DNA from: Octopus sinensis
Taxonomy: Eukaryota
Length of the DNA: 18,643 nt
Direction of reading: 5' to 3'
Assembly: GCF_006345805.1 (NCBI RefSeq)
Contig: NW_021824432.1
Location: 1 to 18,643, forward strand
A program made the position numbers and the translations under genes. This document shows, piece after piece, positions 1-9,161 of this stretch. The notes under the pieces are model-generated. The model worked only from the letters and a program-made list of their open reading frames with translations, made no database searches and had not been told where the DNA came from. Position 1 is the stretch's first letter. Each line of letters begins with the position of its first letter.

Positions 1-23
1 GGTAATTGATCTGCTATAGAATA

Positions 24-166
24 GGTGCAGCATGACTGCGTGACGAAGAAATTTGCTTCCCAACAATGTGGCATTCGGTTCAGTCCTAGGTTTCTGTTAT
101 GTTATAATTCTTACTCTGATCAAAGCCTTATGAATGGATTTGGGAGACAGAAACAGAAAGAAGCCT
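24..166 (+). mobile_element. Old, diverged copy of tRNA-derived SINE family A (5' part), interrupted by a family B SINE; probably resumes at 420-640
   Basis: Aligns by eye to the young copy at 1920-2295 (GGTTCAGTCC B-box-like motif; CAAAGCCTTATGAATGGATTTGG...GAAAGAAGCC). Confidence 0.75.
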
Positions 167-168
167 TT

Positions 169-399
169 AAGGCGGTGAGCTGGCAGAAACGTTAGCACGC
201 CGGGCGAAATGTTTAGCAGGTATTTCGTCTGCCGTTACGTTCTGAGTTCAAATTCCGCCGAGGTCGACTTTGCCTTTCATCCTTTCGGGGTCGATAAATT
301 AAGTACCAGTTACGCACTGGGGTCGATGTAATCGACTTAATCCATTTGTCTGTCCTTGTTTGTCCCCTCTGTGTTTAGCCCCTTGTGGGTAGTAAAGAA
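169..399 (+). mobile_element. Full-length tRNA-derived CORE-type SINE (family B; octopus OR-type)
   Basis: A-box-like AGCTGGCAGAA and B-box GAGTTCAAATTCC; tail CCCCTTGTGGGTAGTAAAGAAA; flanked by a 20-bp direct repeat ACAGAAACAGAAAGAAGCCT (147-166, 400-419); further copies at 4011, 5640, 7503. Family name is from memory. Confidence 0.85.
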
Positions 400-425
400 A
401 CAGAAACAGAAAGAAGCCTCTTGTA

Positions 426-586
426 GGTGTGTGTGTGTATGTGTGTGTGTATGTACACACACACACACACACATACACTCACACATATATCATCATCACA
501 GACACACACACACATGCATATACACGTACATATGTCTATATGTATGTGTGTGAGTGTGCATGCGTATATGTGTGCGTGTGTGTGTG
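426..586. repeat. Compound (TG)n/(CA)n microsatellite
   Basis: Direct reading. Confidence 0.95.
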
Positions 587-643
587 AGCCTTTGTGTCTC
601 CTTGTCTTTACATCACATGATAGTAATAAACTCTCTATCAGTC

Positions 644-698
644 ATGACGATCAGTGTTCCAGTTTATTTGATCAACCAAACAGCCTGCTTGTGAAATT
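644..698 (-). mobile_element. Diverged 3' fragment of SINE family C
   Basis: GTTCCAGTT...GATCAACCAAACAGCCTGCTTGTGAAATT matches 829-888. Confidence 0.65.
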
Positions 699-807
699 TT
701 TGTCATCATTATTCTGTTTTGAGAATAAAACTTGGCCTTGCTCATCAATTTCCAAATAGTGCCACTGCCTGTCTTTGTTAATGCGACAAATTAAATTGTT
801 TAAGTAT

Positions 808-1711
808 GTTGGAAGCACTCCGTCGGTTACGACGACGAGGGTTCCGGTTGATCCGATCAAATCAACGGAACAGCCTGCTCGTGAAATTAACGTGTAAGTG
901 TGGCTGAGCACTCCACAGACACGTGTACCCTTAACATAGTTCTCGGGGATATTCAGCGTGACCAGAGAGTGACAAGGCCGGCCCCTTTCAAATACAGGTA
1001 CAACAGAAACAGGAAGTAAGAGTGAGAGAAAGTTTGTGGTGAAGAGGTACAGCAGGGATCACCACCAACCCCTGCTGGAGCCTCGTGGTTACGACAACGA
1101 AGGTTCCGGTTGATCCGAATCACGAACCAGCCTGCTCATGAATTAACGTGTAGTGGCTGAGCACTCCACAGACACGTGTACCCTTACGTAGTTCTCGGGG
1201 ATATTCAGCGTGACACAGAGAGTGACAAGGCCGGCCCTTTCAAATACAGGTACACAGAAAACAGGAAGTAAGAGTGAGAGAAAGTTGTGGTGAAAGAGTA
1301 CAGCAGGGATCACCACCAACCCCTGCTGGAGCCTCGTGTTACGACAACGAAGGTTTCCGGTTGATCCGAATCAACGGAACAGCCTGCTCGTGAAATTAAC
1401 GTGTAAGTGTGGCTGAGCACTCCACAGACACGTGCACCCTTAACATAGTTCTTGGGGATATTCAGTGTGACACAGAGAGTGACAAGGCCGGCCCTTTCAA
1501 ATACAGGTACAACAGAAACAGGAAGTAAGAGTGAGAGAAAGTTGTGGTGAAAGAGTACAGCAGGGATCACCACCAACCCCTGCTGGAGCCTCGTGGAACT
1601 TTAAGTGTTTTCGCTCAATAAACACTCACAACGCCCGGTCTGGGAATCGAAACCACGATCCTATGACCGTGAGTCCGCTACCCTAACCACTGGGCCATTG
1701 CGCTTCCACTA
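808..1711 (-). mobile_element. tRNA-derived SINE (family C) with one head and a tandemly triplicated ~255-bp body
   Basis: Minus-strand head GGAAGCGCAATGGCCCAGTGGTTAGG...GGTTTCGATTCCC (A and B boxes) at about 1635-1709; body units 825-1086, 1087-1337, 1338-1596; 9-bp TSD TTTAAGTAT (799-807, 1712-1720). Confidence 0.85.
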
Positions 1712-1919
1712 TTTAAGTATAGTATAAAGCCAGAACCTATGTTTGTGTATAATATATAACCTTAACTACATATCCAGAGAATATCCTTGTTGCTTATTTT
1801 GATTATAATCACCCCATTTTGAATTACATGGATAATACCATACTAAATTCTGGTGCCTTTAACTTAAGTACCATATTCATCTGAATCTAAATTTTACTGA
1901 ACTTATATATATATATAAA

Positions 1920-2295
1920 GCGCAGGAGTGGCTGTGTGGTAAGTAGCTTGCTTACCAACCTCACAGTTCCGGGTTCAGTCCCACTGCGTGGCACCTTGGG
2001 CAAGTGTCTTCTACTATAGCCTCGGGCCGACCAAAGCCTTGTGAGTGGATTTGGTGGACGGAAACTGAAAGAAGCCTGTCGTATATATATATATGTGTGT
2101 GTATGTTTGTGTGTCAGTGTTTGTCTCCCCAACATCACTTGTGTTTACGTCCCCGTTACTTAGCGGTTCGGCAAAAGAGACCGATAGGATAAGTACTAGG
2201 CTTACAAAGAATAAGTCCTGGGGTCGATTTGCTCGACTAAAAGGCGGTGCTCCAGCATGGCCGCAGTCAAATGACTAAAACAAGTAAAAGAGAAA
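1920..2295 (+). mobile_element. tRNA-derived SINE family A, near full length, with internal (TA)/(TG) tract
   Basis: Head GCGCAGGAGTGGCTGTGTGGTAAG...GGTTCAGTCCC; near-identical copies at 6745, 9316, 14536; small internal deletion near 2140 relative to those. Confidence 0.9.
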
Positions 2296-2360
2296 GATAT
2301 ATATATATATAAAGAGAAAGATATATATATAAAAGAGAAAGATATATATATATATATATA
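2286..2360. repeat. Three reiterations of AAAGAGAAAGA(TA)n at the SINE tail
   Basis: Direct reading. Confidence 0.85.
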
Positions 2361-2523
2361 TCCCCTTTAGGGATGAAAAATATGAAAGAATAAAAGAATA
2401 TATATACAAGTATGTATAAATATACACATGCACATTTAAAGAGAGAAAGGGAGATATGCATGTGAAACATGCCACACACATACACTTTTAATTTTGCTGT
2501 TGGTATAATGGTATCTTGTCTAC

Positions 2524-2638
2524 CTTGGTGATGTGTCAAAGCCCGGTGTAACAAAAAAATGCCTGCTGAAATGCAAAGGTTGCTCACACTTTACAGACTG
2601 TGTAACATAGGTGAATATCACTGAGGAATTTTTGAGAG
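2524..2638 (-). CDS. Candidate internal exon (115 nt) of an unidentified host gene: xLKNSSVIFTYVTQSVKCEQPLHFSRHFFVTPGFDTSP
   Basis: Minus-strand acceptor TCTATTTTCAG| and donor AAG|GTAGAC; only one of three frames is open; unique sequence; no homology recognised. Confidence 0.3.
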
Positions 2639-2664
2639 CTGAAAATAGACAACGTTCTCTTATC

Positions 2665-2715
2665 TCCTTTCCTTCTTTCTTTCTTTCTTTCTTTCTTTCT
2701 CGTTTTCTTTCTTTC
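2665..2715. repeat. (CTTT)n microsatellite
   Basis: Direct reading. Confidence 0.9.
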
Positions 2716-3132
2716 ATTTATTTACTTATTTAGGTCACCCCTGTGATGTCTGTGGGGGAGGGCCAAATGTATTCTAAACAGACTCGAAGGTGTTGGGTTA
2801 CATGATCTGAGTACCCACCAACACAGATGGCATACTTGTCTAACACAGAATGTCACCAGACTTCATATTAGTTATTTTACAGTCTGTCAGATGCGCACAC
2901 CAAGGATTATTATAAATATTTTAAAGCTAGTAAGGTGTGACCTGACAGTTATTTGGCTGCTGTTTGTAGCCAGTCAAACAACTGTGCAATATGTTAGCCT
3001 CTTAGCTTGTGTGTACACTTCTGGAATTAACACAATAATAATAATAAAATTAATCCCTTCTTTATTGGCCACAAGGGCCGAACACCAAAACACAGAGGGA
3101 CAATACAAAACAAGGGACAAGTGGGGGTTTAA

Positions 3133-3354
3133 CCCTTTAGTGTTTAAACCAGCTGTATCCAGCCCAAATATTCTACACATTTTATGCTCAAACTGGCCAG
3201 AACCAGCATCTCACACCTACCCTGCAATATCATTCTTAAAATAAGCAATTACATCTTTCCTATCTGGAAGCTACAAAATAATATCAGGTAATTTTTTTTT
3301 TAAATGTGAATAAAAAAGGATTATTTTTGCCAAATTAATCTGAACGCTAAAGGG
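3133..3354. mobile_element. piggyBac-like MITE (222 bp)
   Basis: TTAA on both sides (3129-3132, 3355-3358); TIRs CCCTTTAGTGTTTAAA vs reverse complement CCCTTTAGCGTTCAGA (13/16). Confidence 0.85.
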
Positions 3355-3540
3355 TTAAAACAGAAAATGTAGAAACAATAAAAACAAAAACAAAAAAAAA
3401 CAGTTAACAACAAAAAAAGAAACAACAAAATTCCCCAATAGGGTCACTTAGGTAATGGAAGCTGTCAACTACTTCTAGTTCTTCCCCCAGCATGTGAGAG
3501 AATCTGTTTTCTGTACATCTTCAGTATTTTGTTTTTAATT

Positions 3541-3646
3541 TATCATCATCATCATCGTTTACTGTCCATTTTCTGTGCTAGCACGGGTTGGACTGTTCAG
3601 CCGGGGTCTGGGAAGCCAGGAGGCAGCACCAGGCTCCAGTCTGATC
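3541..3646 (-). mobile_element. 3' fragment of RTE-tailed non-autonomous retroposon (family D)
   Basis: (CAT)n followed by GCTAGCACGGGTTGGAC...GCACCAGGCTCCAGTCTGATC, matching 7948-8065 and the reverse of 5255-5360. Confidence 0.8.
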
Positions 3647-4010
3647 CACCTAGGGTCAACCAGGCACCCCATACATTCTGATGACCCCGACTGCCAAGGG
3701 CACACCTTGTACGTACCCCTCTTCTCCTCAACTACTCCGGCTTACAGACAAATTAGTCAGAGTAGGCCCATTCGTGTGAGCCATTTTCACAACATTCACC
3801 CACCTTTTAACAAACTTACTGGGGCGGGGGAGGGGGGAATTCCCTCTCTACCTTCACTTTCCTTTCCAAGCGGAGCTTGAAAAAGTCGATGAGGGATTGG
3901 CTGGAGAGGAAAGTGTCTCCCTTTAGTCCTTTCAATCTTGTCCACCATACTACCTCTTTCGCTATAGCCACCAGGTAGGTAGAGGAAAACTGCTTTCCCT
4001 CCCGAAAAGC

Positions 4011-4183
4011 ATAAGGCCTGAAGTTTTTGTGGAGGGGACTAGTTGATTACATCGATCCCAGTGTTTCACTGGTACTTAATTTATCGACCCCCAAAAGGTG
4101 AAAATAGAACTCTGAATGTAGCAGCAGACAAAACACCGCTAGGCATTTTGTTCAGTGTGCAAACAGTTCTGCCAGCTTACCAC
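4011..4183 (-). mobile_element. Older, internally deleted relative of SINE family B
   Basis: GATTACATCGATCCCAGTG...CTGGTACTTAATTTATCGACCCC core; head remnant TTCTGCCAGCTTACCAC. Confidence 0.75.
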
Positions 4184-4186
4184 TTG

Positions 4187-4202
4187 AATAATAATAGTAA
4201 TA

Positions 4203-4261
<59 letters not shown>

Positions 4262-4295
4262 TAGAAGAAGAAGAAGAAGAGAAGAAGAAGAAGAA

Positions 4296-4327
<32 letters not shown>

Positions 4328-4500
4328 AGAAGAGAAGAAAGAAAAGAGGAAGAAGAAGAAGAAGAAGAAGAAGAAGAAGAAGAAGAAGAAGAAGAAGAAG
4401 AAGCAGAAGAAGAAGAAGAAGAAGAAGAAGCAGAAGAAGAAGAAGAAGAAGCAGAAGAAGAAGAAGAAGAAGAAGAAGAAGCAGAAGAAGAAGAAGAAGA
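4187..4500. repeat. (AAT)n (4187-4261) joined to (GAA)n with GCA interruptions (4263-4500)
   Basis: Direct reading. Confidence 0.97.
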
Positions 4501-5015
4501 AACAATAAATCATATTATCTCTGGCTGCCCAGTTCTGGCTAAGAAGGAATATATTCACAGACACGACAGAGTTGGGACCTTTACACACTGGAAGCTATAC
4601 CAACACTAAAGAATAGCAACAGAGAAAAAGATAGTATAGTCACACGCCAGAAAAAGGTCACAGAAAACAAGAAAGCAACCATACTCTGGGATATGCCAAT
4701 ACACACAGATAGAGAAATTGAGGCCAAAAGGCCAGATATAGTTGTCAGAGATCATGAAGAAAAAAATACTTTCTAAATGATGTATCAATACCAGTAGATG
4801 ACAACATTTCTCTAAAAGAAATGGAGAAACTTTCAAAATACAAAGACCTGGAAATAGAGGTAACTCGAAGGTGGAGTCTAAAAACAGAAACAATTCCTAT
4901 CATAGGCACATTAGGTATGATAAAAAAATATTCAGACAAATACATAACAAAAAACACCAGGACTAACAAATACATATAACATACAGAAAATTGCACTACT
5001 GGGCACTGCACACAT
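4499..5015 (+). pseudogene. R4/Dong-clade non-LTR retrotransposon remnant: zinc-knuckle end plus restriction-like endonuclease domain, with stops and frameshifts
   Basis: ETINHIISGCPVLAKKEYIHRHDRVG...ILWDMPIHTDREIEAKRPDIVV...DVSIP...KEMEKLSKYKDLEIE...IQKIALLGTAH: HxxxxC, RHD, PD..D and KxxKY motifs of RLE-type elements. Confidence 0.85.
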
Positions 5016-5105
5016 GCGCCTTCACTATTTTTCAGATTCTGTCAACCACATCCATTCACAAGGCTTTGGTTGACCCGAAGCTAAAGTGGCAGGCACTTAC
5101 TCAAA

Positions 5106-5360
5106 TAAAATGTGGCACATAAAATACACCAATCCGACTGTGGCCGTTGCCAGCCTCACCTGGCACCTGTGCAGGTGGCACGTAAAAAGCACCCACTACA
5201 CTCACGGAGTGGTTGGCGTTAGGAAGGGCATCCAGCTGTAGAAACATTGCCAGATAAGACTGGAGCCTGGTGCAGCCTTCTGGCTTCCCAGATCCCCCGG
5301 TCGAACCGTCCAACCCATGCTAGCATGGAAAACGGACGCTAAATGATGATGATGATGATG
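5106..5360 (+). mobile_element. RTE-tailed non-autonomous retroposon (family D) flanked by a 125-bp direct repeat
   Basis: GGTTGGCGTTAGGAAGGGCATCCAGC motif; tail AACCCATGCTAGCATGGAAAACGGACGCTAAA(TGA)n; flanks 4981-5105 and 5361-5485 identical at 123/125. Confidence 0.85.
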
Positions 5361-5399
5361 ATACAGAAAATTGCACTACTGGGCACTGCACACATGCGC

Positions 5400-5560
5400 C
5401 TTCACTATTTTTCAGATTCTGTCAACCACATCCATTCACAAGGCTTTGGTTGACTCGAAGCTAAAGTGGCAGTCACTTACTCAAAGTTCCATGCTGTGGG
5501 ACTGAACCTGGAACCATGTGGTTGGAAAGCAAGCTTCTTACCACATAGCCATGCCTGCAT
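5400..5560 (-). mobile_element. Diverged 5' half of SINE family A (partly duplicated at about 5020-5105)
   Basis: CATTCACAAGGCTTTGGT...GGGACTGAACC...CTTACCACATAGCCATGCCTGCA is the reverse of the family A head. Confidence 0.8.
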
Positions 5561-5639
5561 CTACAAAAATGTAATAGTGGAATGTCACTTAAATGTCTTT
5601 TAGTAAATGTCTTATAAATTTTTTTTTTTTTTTTTAAAT

Positions 5640-5829
5640 TTCTTTATTGCCCACAAGGGGCTAAACATAGAGGGGACAAACAAGGACAGACAAAGGGATT
5701 AAGTCGATTACTTCGACCCCAGTGCGTAACTGGTACTTTATTTATCGACCTCGAAAGGATGAAAGGCAAAGTCGACCTCGGCGGAATTTGAACTCACAAC
5801 GTAATGGCAGACGAAATACGGCCAAGCAT
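5640..5829 (-). mobile_element. SINE family B, 5'-truncated, with adjacent poly(T)
   Basis: Reverse match to about 210-399. Confidence 0.9.
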
Positions 5830-6489
5830 ATTTTTGTTAACATGATAGTGTTGGTAGATTTTCTTTTTCTTTCTAAAGTTAACCACATGACACTAAACCC
5901 TCCACCACAGCATATCAAACATACCATTCATAGTCACTGACAGTACATATTGTTACTGTTTAGTCAAACATCAAACGTTTGTCATGTTTTCCTTGAGCCT
6001 GTTGTAGGACAGGAAAAAATGAAAAATAGGACAGGAAAAAATGAAAAAAAAAAAGGAATTTTTTAAATTTTGATTTTGTGCTTTTCAGTCAAAACATGGG
6101 ATTTCTGTTACTCTTTGAAAAAAAATTCTTCTTTTATTACACTTTCAAGATAATGCAGATGTCATATTTACTCCATATTTATTCAGTAACTATAATAGAA
6201 GAGCTGTGAGCTGTAGTGATTAATGAACAATGGAAGTGTTTTACTTTAAATAAAATCACTTAAACTCATTTCTGATGTTTTATTTATATATTTTTTTTGC
6301 AACACAGCAGGAAATGATTAAGCCTCAAACAAAGCCTCATTATGTGTCAGTAAGACATTGTAGGTTTTAGTTATTTAAATGTTTCTCTTCCGTTCTCTCT
6401 CTGTTTGTCTCTCTCTCTCTCTGTCTGTCTTTGTATTTATTTATCAATCTGTCACGCACACATATAAACACACACACACACACACACAA

Positions 6490-6705
6490 GAGAGGGTGCT
6501 GAAAAGTTCCTAGCTTTGGGTAAAAGAATGTACAAAAGGATCAGTTAATTGTGATTTTATTCACTATATTTCCCTCTCAGATTCACACACTTATTGCAGC
6601 AGTCCTTCAGTTTTTCTAAGCCCTGTTAAAGAACTCAGAAGGTTGGACCTCCAGCCAGGCCTTTCGCAATACCCTTAAAGCCAAACACTTTACAGCACCA
6701 CCCTC

Positions 6706-6708
<3 letters not shown>
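6490..6708. mobile_element. Mariner-like MITE (~220 bp)
   Basis: Imperfect TIRs GAGAGGGTGCTGAAAAGTTCCTAGCTTT and AAAGCCAAACACTTTACAGCACCACCCTCATA, the latter ending at TA. Confidence 0.7.
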
Positions 6709-6744
<36 letters not shown>

Positions 6745-7149
6745 TCTTTTACTCTTTTCTCTTTTACTTGTTTCAGTCATTTGACTGCGGCCATGCTGGA
6801 GCACCACCTTTAGTCGAGCAAATCGACCCCGGGACTTATTTTGTAAGCCCAGTACTTATTCTATCGGTCTCTTTTGCCGAACCGCTAAGTTACGGGGACG
6901 TAAACACACCAGCATCGGTTGTCAAGCAATGCTAGGGGGACAAACACAGACACACAAACATATACACACACACACTTATATATATATACATATATACGAC
7001 AGGCTTCTTTCAGTTTCCGTCTACCAAATCCACTCACAAGGCATTGGTCGGCCCAGGGCTATAGCAGAAGACACTTGCCCAAGATGCCACGCAGTGGGAC
7101 TGAACCCGGAACCATGTGGTTGGTTAGCAAGCTACTTACCACACAGCCA
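6745..7149 (-). mobile_element. SINE family A, near full length, between (TA)n tracts
   Basis: Reverse match to 9316-9730. Confidence 0.92.
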
Positions 7150-7158
7150 TATATATAT

Positions 7159-7438
7159 AAAGTTAATCCAAACAAGAAAACATAAAGACAACAACGCAAG
7201 GACGTGGAACAAATAAAGTATTATTGGACGCTCAGGAAAGAAGGGAAGAAGGAGGGTTTGACGTTTTGAGCGGAGCTCTTCGTCGGAAACATAGGAGAAG
7301 GAAAGATCCCGAGACGGGAGGACAGAGGAAAAAAATCGCCGGTGGTATTCACGAGGTCACATACTAAAAGACGGAAGTGGTAAAAATGGAGGAAAATGTT
7401 TTTTTTAAAAACAAGAGAGCTATATCAAAGAAGAATGG
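7159..7438 (-). mobile_element. Short (TA)n-flanked repeat carrying a hammerhead-like motif; probable Penelope-like pLTR remnant (family P1)
   Basis: Second copy at 11379-11580; motif at 7256-7290. Confidence 0.6.
7256..7290 (-). ncRNA. Minimal hammerhead-like motif (decayed)
   Basis: Minus strand: GTTT CCGACGA A GAGC TCC GCTC AAAA CGTC AAAC; stem I GTTT/AAAC, stem II GAGC/GCTC; core deviates (CCGA for CUGA, AAAA for GAAA). Confidence 0.5.
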
Positions 7439-7440
7439 TA

Positions 7441-7472
<32 letters not shown>

Positions 7473-7502
7473 TATATAATATATATATATAATATATATA
7501 CT

Positions 7503-7714
7503 TCTATTCTTTACTACCCACAAGGGGCTAAATACAGAGAGGACAAACAAGGACAGACAAATGGATTAAGTCGATTACATCGATCCCAGTGCGTAACTGG
7601 TACTTAATTTATCGACCCCGAAAGGATGAAAGGCAAAGTCGACCTCGGCGGAATTTGAACTCAGAACGTAAAGACAGACGAAATACGGCTACGCTTTTCG
7701 CCCGGCGTGCTAAC
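7503..7714 (-). mobile_element. SINE family B, slightly 5'-truncated
   Basis: Reverse match to about 191-399. Confidence 0.9.
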
Positions 7715-7947
7715 TGCGTAGCCATATACACATGCATACATATACGCCTGATGAGTGTATTTATATAATTGCTTTGTTGCTTAGCACTATTGTATTTTTT
7801 GCATGAAACTGATGATGGCAGCATGAAAATGAACATTAAAAGATGACAATGATGATGATGAAACACATACACTCATGTTGTATGTATGTATGTGTTTATG
7901 TGTGTGTGTGCTTGTATGCATGTATGTGCTTGTATGCGTGTGTGTGT

Positions 7948-8208
7948 ATCATCATCATCATCATCATCATCATCATTTAGCGTCCGCTTTCCATGCTAGC
8001 ATGGGTTGGACGGTTCGACAGGGGATCTGTGAAGCCAGAAGGCTGCACCAGGCTCCAGTCTGATCTGGCAGTGTTTCTACGGCTGGATGCCCTTCCTAAC
8101 GCCAACCACTCCGTGAGCGTAGTGGGTGCTTTTTTACGTGCCACCTGCACAGGTGCCAGACGGGGCTGGCGAACGGCCACGGATGGATGGTGCTTTTTAC
8201 ATGCCACC
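7948..8208 (-). mobile_element. RTE-tailed non-autonomous retroposon (family D)
   Basis: (CAT)n tail and reverse match to 5112-5360. Confidence 0.88.
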
Positions 8209-8239
<31 letters not shown>

Positions 8240-8348
8240 ATACACAGACATACACACATAGGAACATTTCATTTCAAACTATATCTTTGGTGAATTAACT
8301 TGGGATTCCTTAACTACAACGTAGCCTTCGTATAATAAGGTATCTTCA

Positions 8349-8429
8349 GCCTGATGAATAGCTGGCTGAGTACCCCTCATTGAGTAGCTATTACATCAGA
8401 GGATCTTCTAGCTAGGAAACATATGTAGC
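8349..8429 (+). ncRNA. Minimal hammerhead-like motif in a (TA)n-flanked ~450-bp segment (about 8260-8708)
   Basis: CTGATGA(8351-57) A TAGCTGG ... CTAGCTA G GAAA(8416-19) CATATG TA; palindromic stem III CATATG, GUA triplet; stem I weak (GC/GC). Confidence 0.55.
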
Positions 8430-8707
8430 CTAAATTTTACCTGCTCTATCTACTCCCTCAGTTTGGATTTTGGAACCTGAAATTCATTTGGATCTAGAGA
8501 CTACTAGGTGCTGTGAGTGTATCCATGTGTGACCTTGGTAACTCATGTATTCAGTCTGCCGTTTGTGATTGTATGCACCAAAGGAGTACAAGTCCATATT
8601 AGCTTTAGTATTTGTCCTTAGATATTATTTGTACACAATAGCACTATGACTACGCTGACCTTGGTGCTTTACTATTTAAGTGCCTGATTCTCTTGAATCC
8701 AGGAAAT

Positions 8708-8708
<1 letters not shown>

Positions 8709-8774
<66 letters not shown>

Positions 8775-8803
8775 CATATATATATTCACATATATATATA
8801 TTC
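8709..8803. repeat. (TA)n microsatellite
   Basis: Direct reading. Confidence 0.95.
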
Positions 8804-8837
8804 ACTTATAGATATATGGTGCAGGCTACAATAAAGA

Positions 8838-9025
8838 GATAAGTACTGGAGTACTAGTGTCAGTTCCATTTGACTAAAATCTTTGAAGGCAATGCCCCAG
8901 CATGGCCATAATGCATTGACTGAAACAAGTAAGTGATTACAGAAAAGATCAGTGATTAGACTGCGGCCATGTTGGAGCATCACCTTGAAAGCTTTTAGTT
9001 AAACAAATTGAGACCAGTACTTGTC
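8838..9025. mobile_element. Two diverged family A 3' fragments, tail to tail (about 8838-8935 plus, 8950-9025 minus)
   Basis: CCAGCATGGCC...TGACTGAAACAAGTAA followed by GACTGCGGCCATGTTGGAGCA. Confidence 0.7.
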
Positions 9026-9161
9026 TTTTTATTGTTAACCTGTACAATAAATGTGTATGTATGTATGTATGTATGTATAAATATATTGGATCGTCCCATA
9101 AATAATGTGGTTTTTTATACTTCTTTTATTTTTCAAAATTAAGATAAACAAAGTTCTTTTT

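Larger units (their letters stand above)
3057..4008 (-). mobile_element. 5'-truncated L1/Tx1-like LINE 3' end (ORF2 C-terminus at about 3742-4005 plus putative 3' UTR), interrupted by two insertions
   Basis: Minus translation LVAIAKEVVWWTRLKGLKGDTFLSSQSLIDFFKLRLERKVKVERE / (frameshift) SKFVKRWVNVVKMAHTNG resembles the AKxxIWxxR...FxxRW C-terminus of Tx1-type ORF2; assigning 3057-3446 to its UTR is inference. Confidence 0.6.

Noticed and set aside
700-790. Protein-like peptide RQWHYLEIDEQGQVLFSK on the minus strand
   Set aside because: No convincing splice sites; sandwiched between SINE pieces
1635-1709. tRNA-like sequence
   Set aside because: No closing acceptor stem; continues into a SINE body within a TSD
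3678-3705. CTGATGA followed by a CCC/GGG stem
   Set aside because: No GAAA after the stem
6308-6349. Plus-strand 42-nt micro-exon candidate (QEMIKPQTKPHYVS)
   Set aside because: Pyrimidine tract present but donor TCA|GTAAGA is weak and the peptide is uninformative; chance-level without RNA data
7748-7820. CTGATGA...GAAAC hammerhead-like spacing
   Set aside because: No UH triplet or palindromic stem III (GAAACTGATGAT) and no stem I
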